A stretch of 64,000 bases of DNA from the NCBI GenBank assembly GCA_043759355.1, contig JAYVLQ010000093.1, positions 20,989-84,988 of the forward strand, written 5' to 3'. The DNA is from Kofleriaceae bacterium (GTDB lineage: Bacteria; Myxococcota_A; Polyangia; Haliangiales; Haliangiaceae). Every line of letters begins with the position of its first letter. Positions within the stretch are counted from its first letter, which is position 1. This document shows, in pieces, positions 1 through 10,344 of this stretch. The position numbers and the translations under genes were made by a program. Below the pieces are notes generated by a model. That model ran no database searches. It was given only the letters and a program-made list of their open reading frames with translations, and was not told where the DNA came from.

Positions 1-983
1 CCCGGATTCTCCATCGCACCGAACAGGTGCGGCACCGTCACGATATCGAGCTTCGGAAACGGCAGCGGGAGTTGCGTGTAGGCCTCGAGCTCATCGATCA
101 GCTTGCCGGTCTGGCGCGCGACGGCGCCGACGCTCCTCGCACGCTCCGGAAAGGTCAGCACGCGGACCGGCACGTGCTGCACACCGACCTTGCCAGCATC
201 GACGACCGCGAACGGCCCGACCGCAAGCGCGAGCAGATAGCTCGCCATCGCCGGCGTCTCGGCAAACGCGACCTCGTGCCGACCATCCGCGAGCACCTTG
301 TCGCTCGTGATCGCCATGTTGCTCGCCGCGACCTGCGCCTTCGGCACGACGACGGTCACGCGCCACGGTGTCTTCCACCGCGGCTCGTCGAAGCACGGCG
401 TGATCCTCCGCGCGAACTCCGATTCGCCTTGCGAATACAGGTACCAGCGCTCGCCTTCTTTCTGGCGAAACAGCCCCTCTTCGTCGTGCTGCGTGGTGCC
501 GGTGAACGAGAGCTTCAGCGTGATCTCGCGCGGCTCGAGTTGCGTGCCGAGCTTGAGCGCGACCATCCGATCCGCGCCGGGGACATGAACGATCTCGAGC
601 GCACCCTCGTCCCACGTTGCATCGTGGAGCTCGAGCTGATCCGCGTGGAGCCACACGCGATCGCTCGCGCGATCCAGCTTGACGTGAATGGCGACCGTGC
701 CGGTGAACGCATCGCGATCCGGATCGACCTCGAGTCGCAGATCATACGACAGCGGTGTTGCCCCGTCGGGCAGGCGCACCCCGGGCGTCGGCAGGCCCGG
801 CGTGGTCGCGGGCTTCGCATCGGCCACCGGAGGCTCGATCGCCGAGCCCCTCGCCGAGCCCGTCGGCGTCGCGGTCGTTCCCGGCATCGAGTCGCGACTC
901 GAGCACGCACTTGCGAATGCGCCCGCGAATGCGCCCGCGAATGCGAGCGTTGTCGCGAAGCGCGATTGCATGCCCCGCATCAT
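1..983 (-). CDS. M1-family aminopeptidase (aminopeptidase N-like), N-terminal part; gene runs off the left window edge
   Basis: Not in the ORF track because there is no stop inside the window. My minus-strand translation from ATG 981-983 reads MMRGMQSRFATTLAFAGAFAGAFASAC (lipoprotein-type signal, lipobox FASAC) ...RITPCFDEPRWKTPW...YLLALAVGPF...VPHLFGAMENPG. It ends on the GAMEN exopeptidase motif at the edge. Confidence 0.8.
   Translation of the reverse strand, partial: MMRGMQSRFATTLAFAGAFAGAFASACSSRDSMPGTTATPTGSARGSAIEPPVADAKPATTPGLPTPGVRLPDGATPLSYDLRLEVDPDRDAFTGTVAIHVKLDRASDRVWLHADQLELHDATWDEGALEIVHVPGADRMVALKLGTQLEPREITLKLSFTGTTQHDEEGLFRQKEGERWYLYSQGESEFARRITPCFDEPRWKTPWRVTVVVPKAQVAASNMAITSDKVLADGRHEVAFAETPAMASYLLALAVGPFAVVDAGKVGVQHVPVRVLTFPERARSVGAVARQTGKLIDELEAYTQLPLPFPKLDIVTVPHLFGAMENP
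913..948. repeat. 12-nt tandem repeat, about 3 copies (gcgaatgcgccc x2 plus gcgaatgcgagc)
   Basis: Read directly from the sequence. It encodes the AFAGAFAGAFA stretch in the aminopeptidase signal peptide on the minus strand. Confidence 0.9.
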
Positions 984-999
984 GACGTAACGTCGCGGC

Positions 1000-1227
1000 G
1001 TGTGTCCGAACATCAAGACCCTGTTCAACTTCGCACCACCCGCGACCGATGATGAAGTTCTGGCCACCTCGATCCAGTTCGCGCGCACGTTGAGCGGCTA
1101 TCAGAGCCCGTCGAAGTCCAACGAAAAGGCGTTGGGGCGCGCGGTCGAGCAGACATTAAAACCAGCACGCGCGCTGATCGATTCGCGCGAGACCGACGCT
1201 GATCCCAAGGATCGCGTGCGCCGCTAG
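1000..1227 (+). CDS. DUF2277-like small protein
   Basis: GTG start. MCPNIKTLFNFAPPATDDEVLATSIQFARTLSGYQSPSKSNEKA matches the conserved N-terminus I recall for DUF2277 (MCRNIKxLFNFEPPAT...). Confidence 0.7.
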   Translation: MCPNIKTLFNFAPPATDDEVLATSIQFARTLSGYQSPSKSNEKALGRAVEQTLKPARALIDSRETDADPKDRVRR

Positions 1228-1784
1228 GCCGTGCCGGCTTCGATCTCACCGATCGCTGCGTCGAGGTCCTCGGGCGCCAACCGCGAATTCGTGCGAATGC
1301 CCTCGAGTAGATCGTCCTTGGATCCGCCGGTGTTCTCGAGGTTCGCCACCGCGCATCTGGTGTGCATGTAGCCGGCACCGCGAGTCACCATGCTGCCGGT
1401 ATCGATCTCGCGCTCGACGGCCACCCGAAACGTGTCCTTGCCGATCGGCTCTTCGCACTGCATGCACTTCGCACGACCGGTCGGGGCGCGATCGATATAC
1501 GGGAAACCGCCCGGCTTGCCCTTGCCCTTCTTGAGCGCGTCGGCGATCGCCGTCTCGAGCTCGGCCTTGTTCGGGACGTCGCCCACGTAGCTGACCATCG
1601 CCTCTTTGAGCTCACCCGGCAATTTGTCGGCGGCGCAGAGAAGGTGATGCCACGCCATGCTCGGCGTATCGCTGAACTGGTTCGTCACTTCCACGCCGAG
1701 CCGAAGCTCGCCCTTGACGATGGTCTTCTTGCACGTGCGGCAGCTGGCGCGCCCAGACTTGGCTTCCTCGATCACGTTCGCCAT
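1224..1784 (-). CDS. Protein with two PARP-type zinc fingers (CxxC...HxxC twice)
   Basis: Tracked ORF 1224..2102 trimmed to the internal ATG at 1782-1784 ([20 protein letters not shown]...WHHLLC ... [14 protein letters not shown]...YMHTRC). The upstream 106 codons are antisense to the carboxylase gene and look nonsensical. Confidence 0.75.
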   Translation of the reverse strand: MANVIEEAKSGRASCRTCKKTIVKGELRLGVEVTNQFSDTPSMAWHHLLCAADKLPGELKEAMVSYVGDVPNKAELETAIADALKKGKGKPGGFPYIDRAPTGRAKCMQCEEPIGKDTFRVAVEREIDTGSMVTRGAGYMHTRCAVANLENTGGSKDDLLEGIRTNSRLAPEDLDAAIGEIEAGTA

Positions 1785-1805
1785 ACCCGGGACGCTACCG
1801 CAGGT

Positions 1806-3449
1806 ATGGCTCGTGTACCATCCAAGCCAGTGACCCGAGCCGAGCAACCGTACCCGGTCTTGCAGAGCCGGATCGATTCGCGGTCCCCAGAATTTCGCAG
1901 CAATCACGAGGCGAACAGCAAGTCGCTCGTCGGGCTGCAGGCAGCACTCGTCGAAGCCACCGTGGGTGGCGGCGAGAAGTACACGAGCCGGCACAAGGCC
2001 GCCGGCAAGCTGCTGCCGCGCGAACGGATCGAGCTGCTGCTCGATCGCGATTCGTACTTCCTCGAGCTGTGCGCCCTCGCTGGCAAGGGCGTGCCGGGTC
2101 ACACCGTCGGCGCCGGATTCATCGGCGGCATCGGCCGAGTCTCGGGCGTGGAAATCATCATCACGGCGAACGATTCGACCGTGAAGGGTGGCGCGATCAG
2201 CGAGATGACCGCGTGGAAATCAGGGCGGTGCAACGACATCGCCGATCAGAATCGGCTGCCTTCGATCTCGTTGATCGAATCGGCCGGCGCCGACCTGCCG
2301 AATCAATCGAAGATCTTTGTGCCGGGTGGGCGCGGCTTTCGCGACCTCACGAACCGGTCGGAGCAGAAGCTGCCCTCGATCTGCTTGGTGTTCGGCAGCT
2401 CGACCGCGGGTGGCGCGTACATCCCGGGGATGAGCGACTACACCGTCATGGTGCAGAACCAGGCGCAGGTCTATCTCGCCGGCCCGCCGCTCGTGAAGAT
2501 GGCGATCGGCGAGGAGACCAACCACGAAGAGCTCGGAGGCGCCGAGATGCACTCGCGGATCTCGGGCGTGAGCGACTACCTCGCGCGCGACGAACGTGAC
2601 GCGATCCGGATCGGTCGCGAGATCGTGGCGCACCTCGACTGGCACAAGGGCGCGCACGCGACGCCTCGCCCGATCGAAGCGCCGAAGTACGCGGCGGATG
2701 ATCTGCTCGGCATCGCGTCACCCGATATCAAGGTGCCGTTCGATCAGCGCGAAGTGATCGCGCGGATCGTCGATGGCTCGCGGTTCTCCGATTTCAAGCC
2801 GCTATACGGTTCGACCCTGATCTGCGGCTGGGCCCACCTGCACGGCTTTCCGATCGGCATCCTCGCGAACAACGGCACGCTGTTCTCGGAATCGGCGCAG
2901 AAGGGCGCGCAGTTCATCCAGCTGTGCAACCAGTCGAACGTGCCGCTGCTGTTCCTGCAGAACACGACCGGCTTCATGGTCGGCAAGAAGGTCGAGCAGG
3001 AAGGCATCATCAAGCACGGCGCCAAGCTCATCAACGCGGTGTCGAACTCGACGGTGCCCGCGATCACGATCATGACCGGCGCGAGCTACGGCGCCGGCAA
3101 CTACGCGATGATGGGTCGCGCCTACGCGCCGCGGTTCCTGTTCACGTGGCCGAATCACCGGATCGCGGTGATGGGCGGCAAGCAGCTCGCGGGCGTGCTC
3201 GACATCATCCAGCGCGATGCCGCGGCAAAGCGCAACGAGGCGGTCGACGAGGCCAAGCTCGGGGTCATGAAGGCGATGACCGAGCAGATGATCGATAAGG
3301 AAAGCGACCCGTACTTCGCGACCGCGCGGATGTGGGACGACGGGATCATCGATCCGCGCGACACCCGCACCGTGATCGCGATCGCGCTCTCGGCCGCCTA
3401 CTCGGCCCCCGTGCACGGCTCGACGAGCTGGGGAGTGATCCGCCATTGA
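1806..3449 (+). CDS. Acyl-CoA carboxylase carboxyltransferase (beta) subunit, methylcrotonyl/geranyl-CoA carboxylase type
   Basis: From ATG 1806 (alternative in-frame TTG 1860): [19 protein letters not shown]...[27 protein letters not shown]...[14 protein letters not shown]...[14 protein letters not shown]. The first 148 codons of tracked ORF 1362..3449 overlap the zf-PARP gene antisense. Confidence 0.9.
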   Translation: MARVPSKPVTRAEQPYPVLQSRIDSRSPEFRSNHEANSKSLVGLQAALVEATVGGGEKYTSRHKAAGKLLPRERIELLLDRDSYFLELCALAGKGVPGHTVGAGFIGGIGRVSGVEIIITANDSTVKGGAISEMTAWKSGRCNDIADQNRLPSISLIESAGADLPNQSKIFVPGGRGFRDLTNRSEQKLPSICLVFGSSTAGGAYIPGMSDYTVMVQNQAQVYLAGPPLVKMAIGEETNHEELGGAEMHSRISGVSDYLARDERDAIRIGREIVAHLDWHKGAHATPRPIEAPKYAADDLLGIASPDIKVPFDQREVIARIVDGSRFSDFKPLYGSTLICGWAHLHGFPIGILANNGTLFSESAQKGAQFIQLCNQSNVPLLFLQNTTGFMVGKKVEQEGIIKHGAKLINAVSNSTVPAITIMTGASYGAGNYAMMGRAYAPRFLFTWPNHRIAVMGGKQLAGVLDIIQRDAAAKRNEAVDEAKLGVMKAMTEQMIDKESDPYFATARMWDDGIIDPRDTRTVIAIALSAAYSAPVHGSTSWGVIRH

Positions 3450-5389
3450 AGAAGTTACTGATCGCCAATCGCGGCGAGATCGCGCTCCGCGTGATGCGGA
3501 CCGCGCGCGCCATGGGCATCGCGACGGTCGCGGTCTACAGCGACGCCGATGCCGATGCGCCGCACGTGCGTGTCGCCGATGAAGCGGTACGGATCGGCCC
3601 TGCGCCCGCGCGCGAGTCGTATCTCGTGATCTCGAACATCCTCGACGCCGCCCGCATCACCGGCGCCGATGCGATCCATCCCGGCTACGGCTTTCTGTCC
3701 GAGAATGCCGACTTCGCGGATGCGGTCGTCGAAGCCGGACTCACGTTCGTCGGGCCGCCTGGCGCCGTGATCCGCGCGCTCGGTGGCAAGCGCGCCGCGA
3801 AGCAGCTCGCGCAGCAACACGGCGTGCCCGTCGTGCCCGGCCTCGACGTCGCGGCCGGCGCGGATCCGACCCTCGCGGATCGCGCGAAGCAGGTCGGCTA
3901 TCCGCTGCTCGTCAAGGCCTCGGCAGGCGGTGGCGGCAAGGGTATGCGCATCGTGCGCGCCGAGGCCGAGCTCGCCGAAGCGATCGAACGCGCGCGCGGC
4001 GAAGCGCTGTCGTCATTCGGCGATGCGACGCTGTTGCTCGAGCGCTACGTCGAGAAGCCGCGCCACATCGAGATCCAGATCCTCGGCGACCAGCACGGCA
4101 CCGTCGTGCACCTCTACGAGCGCGAATGCTCGATCCAGCGCCGTCACCAGAAGATCGTCGAGGAGGCTCCGTCGGTCGCGCTCGATCCCGCGCGCCGCGA
4201 GGCGATGGGCCAGGCGGCGGTCGCGCTCGGCAAGGCCGTCGGCTACGTCGGCGCCGGCACCGTCGAGTTCATCACCGATCCCGCGGGCAACTTCTACTTC
4301 CTCGAGGTCAACACGCGCCTCCAGGTCGAGCATCCGGTGACCGAAGCGATCACCGGGCTCGATCTCGTACGCGAACAAATCCGGATCGCGCGCGGCGAGC
4401 CGCTCGGCTACACCGCCGCCCCACCCGCTCGCGGCTGGTCGATCGAAGTCCGGCTGTGCGCCGAAGATGCCGATCGCGATTTCTTGCCGACCACCGGCAC
4501 GCTGCACGCGGTCGAGCTGACCGACACCGTGCGCGCCGACCTCGGCGTCATCGCGGGCTCCGAGATCGGCATCCACTACGACTCGATGCTCGGCAAGGTG
4601 ATCGCTCACGCGCCGACCCGCACGGAGGCCGCGCAGGTGCTCGCGCGCGCGCTCGCCGGCGCCTGGCTCCCGGGCGTCGTCACGAATCGCGAGCTGCTCG
4701 TGCGCATCCTCGCGCACCCGGCGTTCCTCGCGGGCGAGCTCCACACCCACTTCCTCGATCAACACGCGGGCGAGCTCGGCGCGCCACAGCCAGGGCTCGA
4801 TCGCCTGCGCGTCGCCGCGATCGCCGCGACGCTCGCCGGGATCGAGCGTCGCCGCGAACCGCACGCGTTCGCCGCACCCGGCTGGCGCAACGTGCACGCC
4901 GCGGATCAAGCCGTCGTGTTCACGCACGGCGAGACCGAGCTCCAGCTCGGCTATCACCCGACCGCGAGCGGCTTCGATGTCGCGATCGGCGGCAAGACCA
5001 CGCCGATCAGCCGGGTCTCGCTCGTCGGCGACGCGCTCGTGTTCACCGAGTACGGCAACCACCGTCGCCGCGCCCGGGTGACCCGCGCAGGCGCGCGCAC
5101 CTACGTGCTCGCGGATGGCCTGCTGACCACGTTGCTCGAGGTCCCGCGCTTCCCTGACCACGCGGCCGCGGTGATCAAGGGCGGCCTCGTCGCGCCGATG
5201 CCTGGCAAGGTCGTCAAGGTGCTCGTCAGCGTCGACCAGGCGGTCGAAGCCGGCGCCGCGCTCGTCGTGCTCGAAGCGATGAAGATGGAGCACACCGTGC
5301 GCGCGAGCGAGCCGGGCACCGTGCGGGAGCTCCACGTCGCCATCGGCGATCAGGTCGATGCCGATCGTCTCCTCGCCGTCGTTACCTGA
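3446..5389 (+). CDS. Acyl-CoA carboxylase biotin-carboxylase/BCCP (alpha) subunit
   Basis: TTG 3446 overlaps the preceding stop (ATTGA). [20 protein letters not shown]..., ATP-grasp core, C-terminal biotinylation motif [12 protein letters not shown]. Confidence 0.9.
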   Translation: MKKLLIANRGEIALRVMRTARAMGIATVAVYSDADADAPHVRVADEAVRIGPAPARESYLVISNILDAARITGADAIHPGYGFLSENADFADAVVEAGLTFVGPPGAVIRALGGKRAAKQLAQQHGVPVVPGLDVAAGADPTLADRAKQVGYPLLVKASAGGGGKGMRIVRAEAELAEAIERARGEALSSFGDATLLLERYVEKPRHIEIQILGDQHGTVVHLYERECSIQRRHQKIVEEAPSVALDPARREAMGQAAVALGKAVGYVGAGTVEFITDPAGNFYFLEVNTRLQVEHPVTEAITGLDLVREQIRIARGEPLGYTAAPPARGWSIEVRLCAEDADRDFLPTTGTLHAVELTDTVRADLGVIAGSEIGIHYDSMLGKVIAHAPTRTEAAQVLARALAGAWLPGVVTNRELLVRILAHPAFLAGELHTHFLDQHAGELGAPQPGLDRLRVAAIAATLAGIERRREPHAFAAPGWRNVHAADQAVVFTHGETELQLGYHPTASGFDVAIGGKTTPISRVSLVGDALVFTEYGNHRRRARVTRAGARTYVLADGLLTTLLEVPRFPDHAAAVIKGGLVAPMPGKVVKVLVSVDQAVEAGAALVVLEAMKMEHTVRASEPGTVRELHVAIGDQVDADRLLAVVT

Positions 5390-5392
5390 ACG

Positions 5393-6988
5393 TCACTTGA
5401 CCGGTCCGGCCAAGAGCCACATCGGCTTGTCGGCCGTCGCTGACGCCCAGACAGCGATCGGCGTCATGCCACCTTGGTCACCCGACACGTCGGTGGCGGA
5501 GAACTTCAGCCCGGGCTTGAGCAACTTCTCGTAGCGAGCGTCGATCGTGAAGTCTCCCCACTTTTCATCATGCATGACCATGGCGGTCTTGTCGCACTGG
5601 ATCACGTAGCGCACCTCGCCATTGACGAAGCGATCGATGTGATTCGTGGTGTGCTCTTTCACGCAGTCCTCGCGTTTCACCATTATCGATGTCGGAGCGA
5701 CGACGAGCTTGCCGCCTTTCTTCGTGATCGTCTTGATCGGCGCACCTGCGCTCGTCAGATTGCCGCCGGCCAGCAGCCCGCTGTACGGATGCTTGAGGCT
5801 CGTCTTTTCGATCTTTGCACCGACCTTGTCGAGCTCGATCCCCGAGAACTCCAACTTGCCGATCGCGTAGCCGCGCGGACCACGGAGGCTCGGGACCTCG
5901 CCGAGCGCTTCGCCGACGACGCTCGCCAGGCCCTTGCGCTGATTGCACAGCGCGACCGCGATCGACGCGTTGAACACCGAGGGCGTCCGCATTGCCTGCG
6001 GCAGCGCCTTGTAGGCAAAGCCATGGAACGGATCATCGCGCACGTCGAAGATCTTCGCGAAGTCGGCAGCCTTGAGATCGCCGACCGCCTTGCCGAGCGC
6101 CGCAAACGTCTTGTCGTCGCAGCCTTCGAACATCGAGCGCGACTGCGCGAAATAGGCCGACTCCAGATCGCTCGCGAGCGCCAGGAACTCCGCATTCTTC
6201 GTCGCGATCGCGGCCCACTCGCTACGTGACTTGGTGGCGAGGTCGAAGACCTTTTTCCACGCCACGTCCGTCGCCATCAACTGGCTGACGTCCTCGGCGT
6301 GCTGCTTGATGTCGGCGGCCACGCCGACGGCCAGGATCCGGAGCTTCTGCTTGATGTCACCCTTGTGCGCGGAATCGGCGCGCAGCTCGTCGGCTAACTT
6401 CGGGAAGCTAAAGCTCGCGAGGTCGGCGGCGCAGGCGGCCCAGATCAGCTCGTTGCCCCCCGCGGAGTGTCGCTCGAGACACGCGTGGATCAGCTGGACC
6501 CTCGCGACCTGGGAGAGCTTGTCGCCAAACACATCAGCGAGATAGATCGAATCGAAGCCACCTTGCCCGCCCCCGCCGCCAGAGCCGACCACCGGTCCAT
6601 CGGCCTCGACCATGACCTCCCACTGATCGAGCGGCGTCATGTCGGCGAACTTCTTCGTCGAGAGATCCGCCTTGAGCGAGTACTGATCCTTCTGCGACCA
6701 CGCCACGGCATCGGCCCAGTCGGCTTCGACCATGCCGAGCTTCTTGGACCACGCAGCCCGCCCGGCCTCGATCTCCGCGCGATGCGCCTCGACCTCGGGC
6801 GTCGGGCTGCACTCGACACGGACGTACGCGAGCACGATCTCGCGAGCGTCCTTGGTGTTGAGCCCGCTGACGTCGGCTGCATCTGTCTTGACGCCTCCAC
6901 ACCACGCGGCAGGGCCCGCCGACGCGCTGGTTGCGGCGAGCAACCCGCCAAGGACTACGATTGCACTTCCCACGGAAAATCCACCCAT
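5393..6988 (-). CDS. Secreted hypothetical protein
   Basis: 531-aa ORF with ordinary amino-acid composition. N-terminal signal peptide MGGFSVGSAIVVLGGLLAATSASA. I recognise no family. Confidence 0.7.
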   Translation of the reverse strand: MGGFSVGSAIVVLGGLLAATSASAGPAAWCGGVKTDAADVSGLNTKDAREIVLAYVRVECSPTPEVEAHRAEIEAGRAAWSKKLGMVEADWADAVAWSQKDQYSLKADLSTKKFADMTPLDQWEVMVEADGPVVGSGGGGGQGGFDSIYLADVFGDKLSQVARVQLIHACLERHSAGGNELIWAACAADLASFSFPKLADELRADSAHKGDIKQKLRILAVGVAADIKQHAEDVSQLMATDVAWKKVFDLATKSRSEWAAIATKNAEFLALASDLESAYFAQSRSMFEGCDDKTFAALGKAVGDLKAADFAKIFDVRDDPFHGFAYKALPQAMRTPSVFNASIAVALCNQRKGLASVVGEALGEVPSLRGPRGYAIGKLEFSGIELDKVGAKIEKTSLKHPYSGLLAGGNLTSAGAPIKTITKKGGKLVVAPTSIMVKREDCVKEHTTNHIDRFVNGEVRYVIQCDKTAMVMHDEKWGDFTIDARYEKLLKPGLKFSATDVSGDQGGMTPIAVWASATADKPMWLLAGPVK

Positions 6989-7066
6989 GCAGAGACCCTC
7001 GCATATCGGGCCATTTCCTGGCCAGGAATTGGCGCCACGCTGTGCATCGCGAGATCATTTCTAGCG

Positions 7067-7924
7067 GTGCGCCTCGTCCTTCCCTTGCTCCTCGTCACGG
7101 CCCGGCTCGCGGCGGCCGAGCGGGTTGTCGTGCAACGCGGCGAAACTCTCGAGCACGTCGCGCTCGCGCATGGCTGCACGACCGAGCAGGTCGAGCGCGC
7201 GAATCACCTCGACATCTCGCTCGTGCCGGCGGGCACGGTGGTCGAGGTCCCCGCGTGCATGAAGAAACCGACCGCCGACACTAGCGACGCGAAGGCCCGG
7301 CAAGCCCTCGCCGTGATCGATGGCGCGACCCGGGTCAAGCTCGCGCCCGAGCCGCCCACACCGGTCGACGACAGCCACTGGTCGAGCTTGCTCGCGCACG
7401 CCGCGAAGCTCGAGACCGGCGCCGGCTATGTGGTGCGCCATCCCCAGCGCGCGTTTGGCGAGAAGTACGTCGTCGAATATCTTCGCCACTCGATCGCCGA
7501 GGTCCGCGCGCTCTATCCGGATGTCCCGACGCTCGCGATCGGCGACATCTCGGCCGAGCACGGCGGCAAGATCAGCCAGCACGTCTCGCACCAGACCGGC
7601 GTCGATGTCGACGTCGGCTTCTACTTCAAGACCACCGTCGATAACTTCGCGACCGCGGATCGATCCTTCGATCTCGAGGCGAACTGGGCTCTCCTAGCCG
7701 CGTTCGCGCGCACCGCCGCACTCGACGACGGTGTGAAGATGATCTTCCTCGACTACGCTATCCAGCGCCGGCTCTACGACTACGCGAAGCAGCGCGGCAC
7801 GCCCGATAGCGAGCTCGAGTTCATGTTCCAGTATCCGCGCGGCAGCGACGAGCTATCGGGGCTGGTGCGTCACTGGCCGGGCCACGACAATCACTTCCAC
7901 GTCCGCTTCAAGCCGACTAGATAA
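7067..7924 (+). CDS. LysM-like domain plus MepA-like (peptidase M74 / LAS-type) murein endopeptidase
   Basis: Trimmed to in-frame GTG 7067 (MRLVLPLLLVTARLAAA signal). VVVQRGETLEHVALAHGCTTEQVERANHL is a LysM-like segment. Metal motifs are HVSHQTGVDVDVG and GHDNHFHVRF. The upstream part of ORF 6467..7924 is antisense to the previous gene. Confidence 0.7.
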   Translation: MRLVLPLLLVTARLAAAERVVVQRGETLEHVALAHGCTTEQVERANHLDISLVPAGTVVEVPACMKKPTADTSDAKARQALAVIDGATRVKLAPEPPTPVDDSHWSSLLAHAAKLETGAGYVVRHPQRAFGEKYVVEYLRHSIAEVRALYPDVPTLAIGDISAEHGGKISQHVSHQTGVDVDVGFYFKTTVDNFATADRSFDLEANWALLAAFARTAALDDGVKMIFLDYAIQRRLYDYAKQRGTPDSELEFMFQYPRGSDELSGLVRHWPGHDNHFHVRFKPTR

Positions 7925-9170
7925 GCTTCGCGACCGGAAGCTCGAGCGGTGCCTCGTCGGTGATGCTCTCGGCGGCAGCGCCGGCGACCCGCGCGGTGCT
8001 CGCGATCACCACGACCCCGCAGATCACGAGCAATACCGTGAGTAGCAAGATGCCCTCGCGCGCCTCGCCATGGCGCAGCGCGTATTGCATCAGGCTCGAG
8101 CCGACCTGCAGGATGACGACGAGCCAGACCAGGCTCCACGCCTTCCCTTCGAGCTCGACCGCACCCGCGTTCGCCGCGTACTTCGCGATGCCGATCGCGA
8201 CCAGCACGAGCGTGATCGCAGCGACCAGGGGCAGCACGAATTCGAACGCATGCGTGCGCGCGTCAGCGCCATACCCGGACGCCAGCTTCGACAGCGTGAT
8301 GGCGCCACACCAGCCACTCCCCAACCCTGCAGCGATGAACAGCGCGCGGCTGACGCCCTCGATGTTCGAGCGCGCGATCGTGAAGGCACCGAAGGCGAAC
8401 CACATGAACGTGCCACCGCTGATCAGCGACGAGAGGGTGATCGCGGTCGAGATCGCGGATGGATCTCGCGCGCCGGCGATCATGAACGTCAACAAGATCA
8501 ACAGCACGGTCGCCATCAGCCGCCACCACATCGAGTGCTCGAGCATGCGGTAGCCGAACTTCGCGCGCCTCGGCTCCGGGATCACGAAGCCGGCCGGGAC
8601 GTCGCTCACCGCGACCATCGCGAGCGCGAGCAAGCCCAGCGTTCCGAGCAGGTAGAGCGCGAGCCCGACCTGCTGCAGCGTCGTGTGATGGTTGTCGTAG
8701 AGCCATCGCGACACCGGCGGCGGCGAATGCGCGATCAACCACACCGCGCACCCTGCGATCGCGATCACGGGCTTCTTCCACGCGATCCACGCGAAGCCAA
8801 CTCCGATCGCGGCCGCGCAGCCGAACCAGATCCACGACATCACCTGCAGGCCCCAGCTCGGCATCCAGCTCTCCTTGATCGTGAGGACGAGGTAGAGACA
8901 GCTCAGCGTCAACGACATCATCCACCCGGCCGTGATCAGCCGCGCTCCGAACCTGCGCCGAATCGGCACGATCTCGACCAGCTCGAGCGCACCGACGATC
9001 GCGGCGATCAGCGCGGCGAATTCGATGGACTCGCGAGCGCGCAAGATGTCGATGAAGGTCTCGGTCGATCCGAACGAGGGCTGGAACACGTTCCAGAACT
9101 CGACGAGCACGGTCATGATCGACGCGACGCGGAGCGCCAGGGGGACCGCGCGCCAGCTGTTGCGAAGCAT
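7917..9170 (-). CDS. Polytopic membrane protein, unknown function
   Basis: Trimmed to ATG 9168-9170 (MLRNSWRAVPLALRV...), which overlaps the stop of the upstream acyl-CoA dehydrogenase as ATGA. About 10 or more hydrophobic segments. Confidence 0.7.
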   Translation of the reverse strand: MLRNSWRAVPLALRVASIMTVLVEFWNVFQPSFGSTETFIDILRARESIEFAALIAAIVGALELVEIVPIRRRFGARLITAGWMMSLTLSCLYLVLTIKESWMPSWGLQVMSWIWFGCAAAIGVGFAWIAWKKPVIAIAGCAVWLIAHSPPPVSRWLYDNHHTTLQQVGLALYLLGTLGLLALAMVAVSDVPAGFVIPEPRRAKFGYRMLEHSMWWRLMATVLLILLTFMIAGARDPSAISTAITLSSLISGGTFMWFAFGAFTIARSNIEGVSRALFIAAGLGSGWCGAITLSKLASGYGADARTHAFEFVLPLVAAITLVLVAIGIAKYAANAGAVELEGKAWSLVWLVVILQVGSSLMQYALRHGEAREGILLLTVLLVICGVVVIASTARVAGAAAESITDEAPLELPVAKLI

Positions 9171-10330
9171 CAGTATCCCTCCGTCTTGCCGATCAGCTCG
9201 TTCATGATCTCGCGCGTACCACCCCCGATCGGATACAGCCGCGCATCGCGATACAGCCGCTCGACCAGCGTCTCGCGCATGTAGCCGTAGCCGCCAAAGA
9301 TCTGCACGGCCTGGTCGCAGACGAAGCTGCACATGTCGGTCGCGGTGTTCTTCGCCATCGCCGCGAGCCCGGCCGGTTGTTCGCCGCGCAAGATCCGCGT
9401 GCAGACCTCGCTCGTCAACGCCCGCGCCGCGGCGATCCGGCTCGCCATGTCGGCGAGCTTGTGGCGCGTGACCTGGAAGCCGACGATCGGCTTGCCGAAC
9501 GCCTGACGCTGCTTCGCGTACGCGACCGCTTCGCGATACGCCAGCTCACCGATCGCCACGCACTGCGCAGCGAGCGCGAGCCGCTCGGTCGCGAAGTTCA
9601 TCATGATCATCGGAAACCCGCCGTTCTCCGGACCGATGCGATTTGCGACGGGCACGCGACAGGCGTCGAAATGGAGCTCGGCGGTATCGCTCGCCCACCA
9701 TCCGGTCTTCTTGAGCTTCTTGCTGACCGTGAAGCCCGGCGTGCCCTTCTCGATCACGAGCAGCGAGACGCCGCCGTGGCCGGCGCCACCGGTGCGCACG
9801 GCGGTCGTGACGAAATCGGCGCGCGTACCACTCGTGATGAACGTCTTGGTGCCGGTCACCACGTAGCAGTCGCCATCGCGCTCGGCGCGCGTGGTCAAGC
9901 TGGCAACGTCACTACCACCGCCGGGCTCGGTGATCGCGAGCGCCGAGATCGTGCCGTCGACGAGGCACGGTCGCACGAACCGCGCCTGTTGCTCGGGCGT
10001 GCCGAACCGGACGATCGGGGGCAGCGCGATGCCATGGGTGCCGAGCCCGACCACGGTGCCGACCGAGCGACCTGTGAGGATGAGCTCCTCGCACGCGACG
10101 AGGACGTGGCCGATGTCGCCGCCCTGGCCGCCGAGTGCCTCGGGATAGCCGATACCGGCGATGCCCGCGCTCGCGGCGTCCGCGTAGAGCTCGATCGGAA
10201 ACTCCTCGGCCTCCTCCCACGCCGCACCATGCGGTGCGATCGCGCGGGCCGCGAACGAGCGCGCGGTCGCACGAATCGCAGCGTGCTCTTCGGTCTCGAA
10301 CAGGTACGCCATCGAAGAGCCAGTATACAT
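9170..10330 (-). CDS. Acyl-CoA dehydrogenase
   Basis: ...ALAITEPGGGSDVASL...GTKTFITSG...QIFGGYGYMRETLVERLYRDARLYPIGGGTREI. The start may be the second Met (MAYLFETEEH, 10312). Confidence 0.9.
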   Translation of the reverse strand: MYTGSSMAYLFETEEHAAIRATARSFAARAIAPHGAAWEEAEEFPIELYADAASAGIAGIGYPEALGGQGGDIGHVLVACEELILTGRSVGTVVGLGTHGIALPPIVRFGTPEQQARFVRPCLVDGTISALAITEPGGGSDVASLTTRAERDGDCYVVTGTKTFITSGTRADFVTTAVRTGGAGHGGVSLLVIEKGTPGFTVSKKLKKTGWWASDTAELHFDACRVPVANRIGPENGGFPMIMMNFATERLALAAQCVAIGELAYREAVAYAKQRQAFGKPIVGFQVTRHKLADMASRIAAARALTSEVCTRILRGEQPAGLAAMAKNTATDMCSFVCDQAVQIFGGYGYMRETLVERLYRDARLYPIGGGTREIMNELIGKTEGY

Positions 10331-10344
10331 GGTAGGAACGCGGC

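Noticed and set aside
27-1052. 341-aa plus-strand ORF (and the other small ORFs at 91-990)
   Set aside because: The translation is Arg/Asp/Leu-rich nonsense. The opposite strand encodes a clean M1 aminopeptidase with a GAMEN motif, so this is an antisense shadow ORF typical of high-GC DNA.
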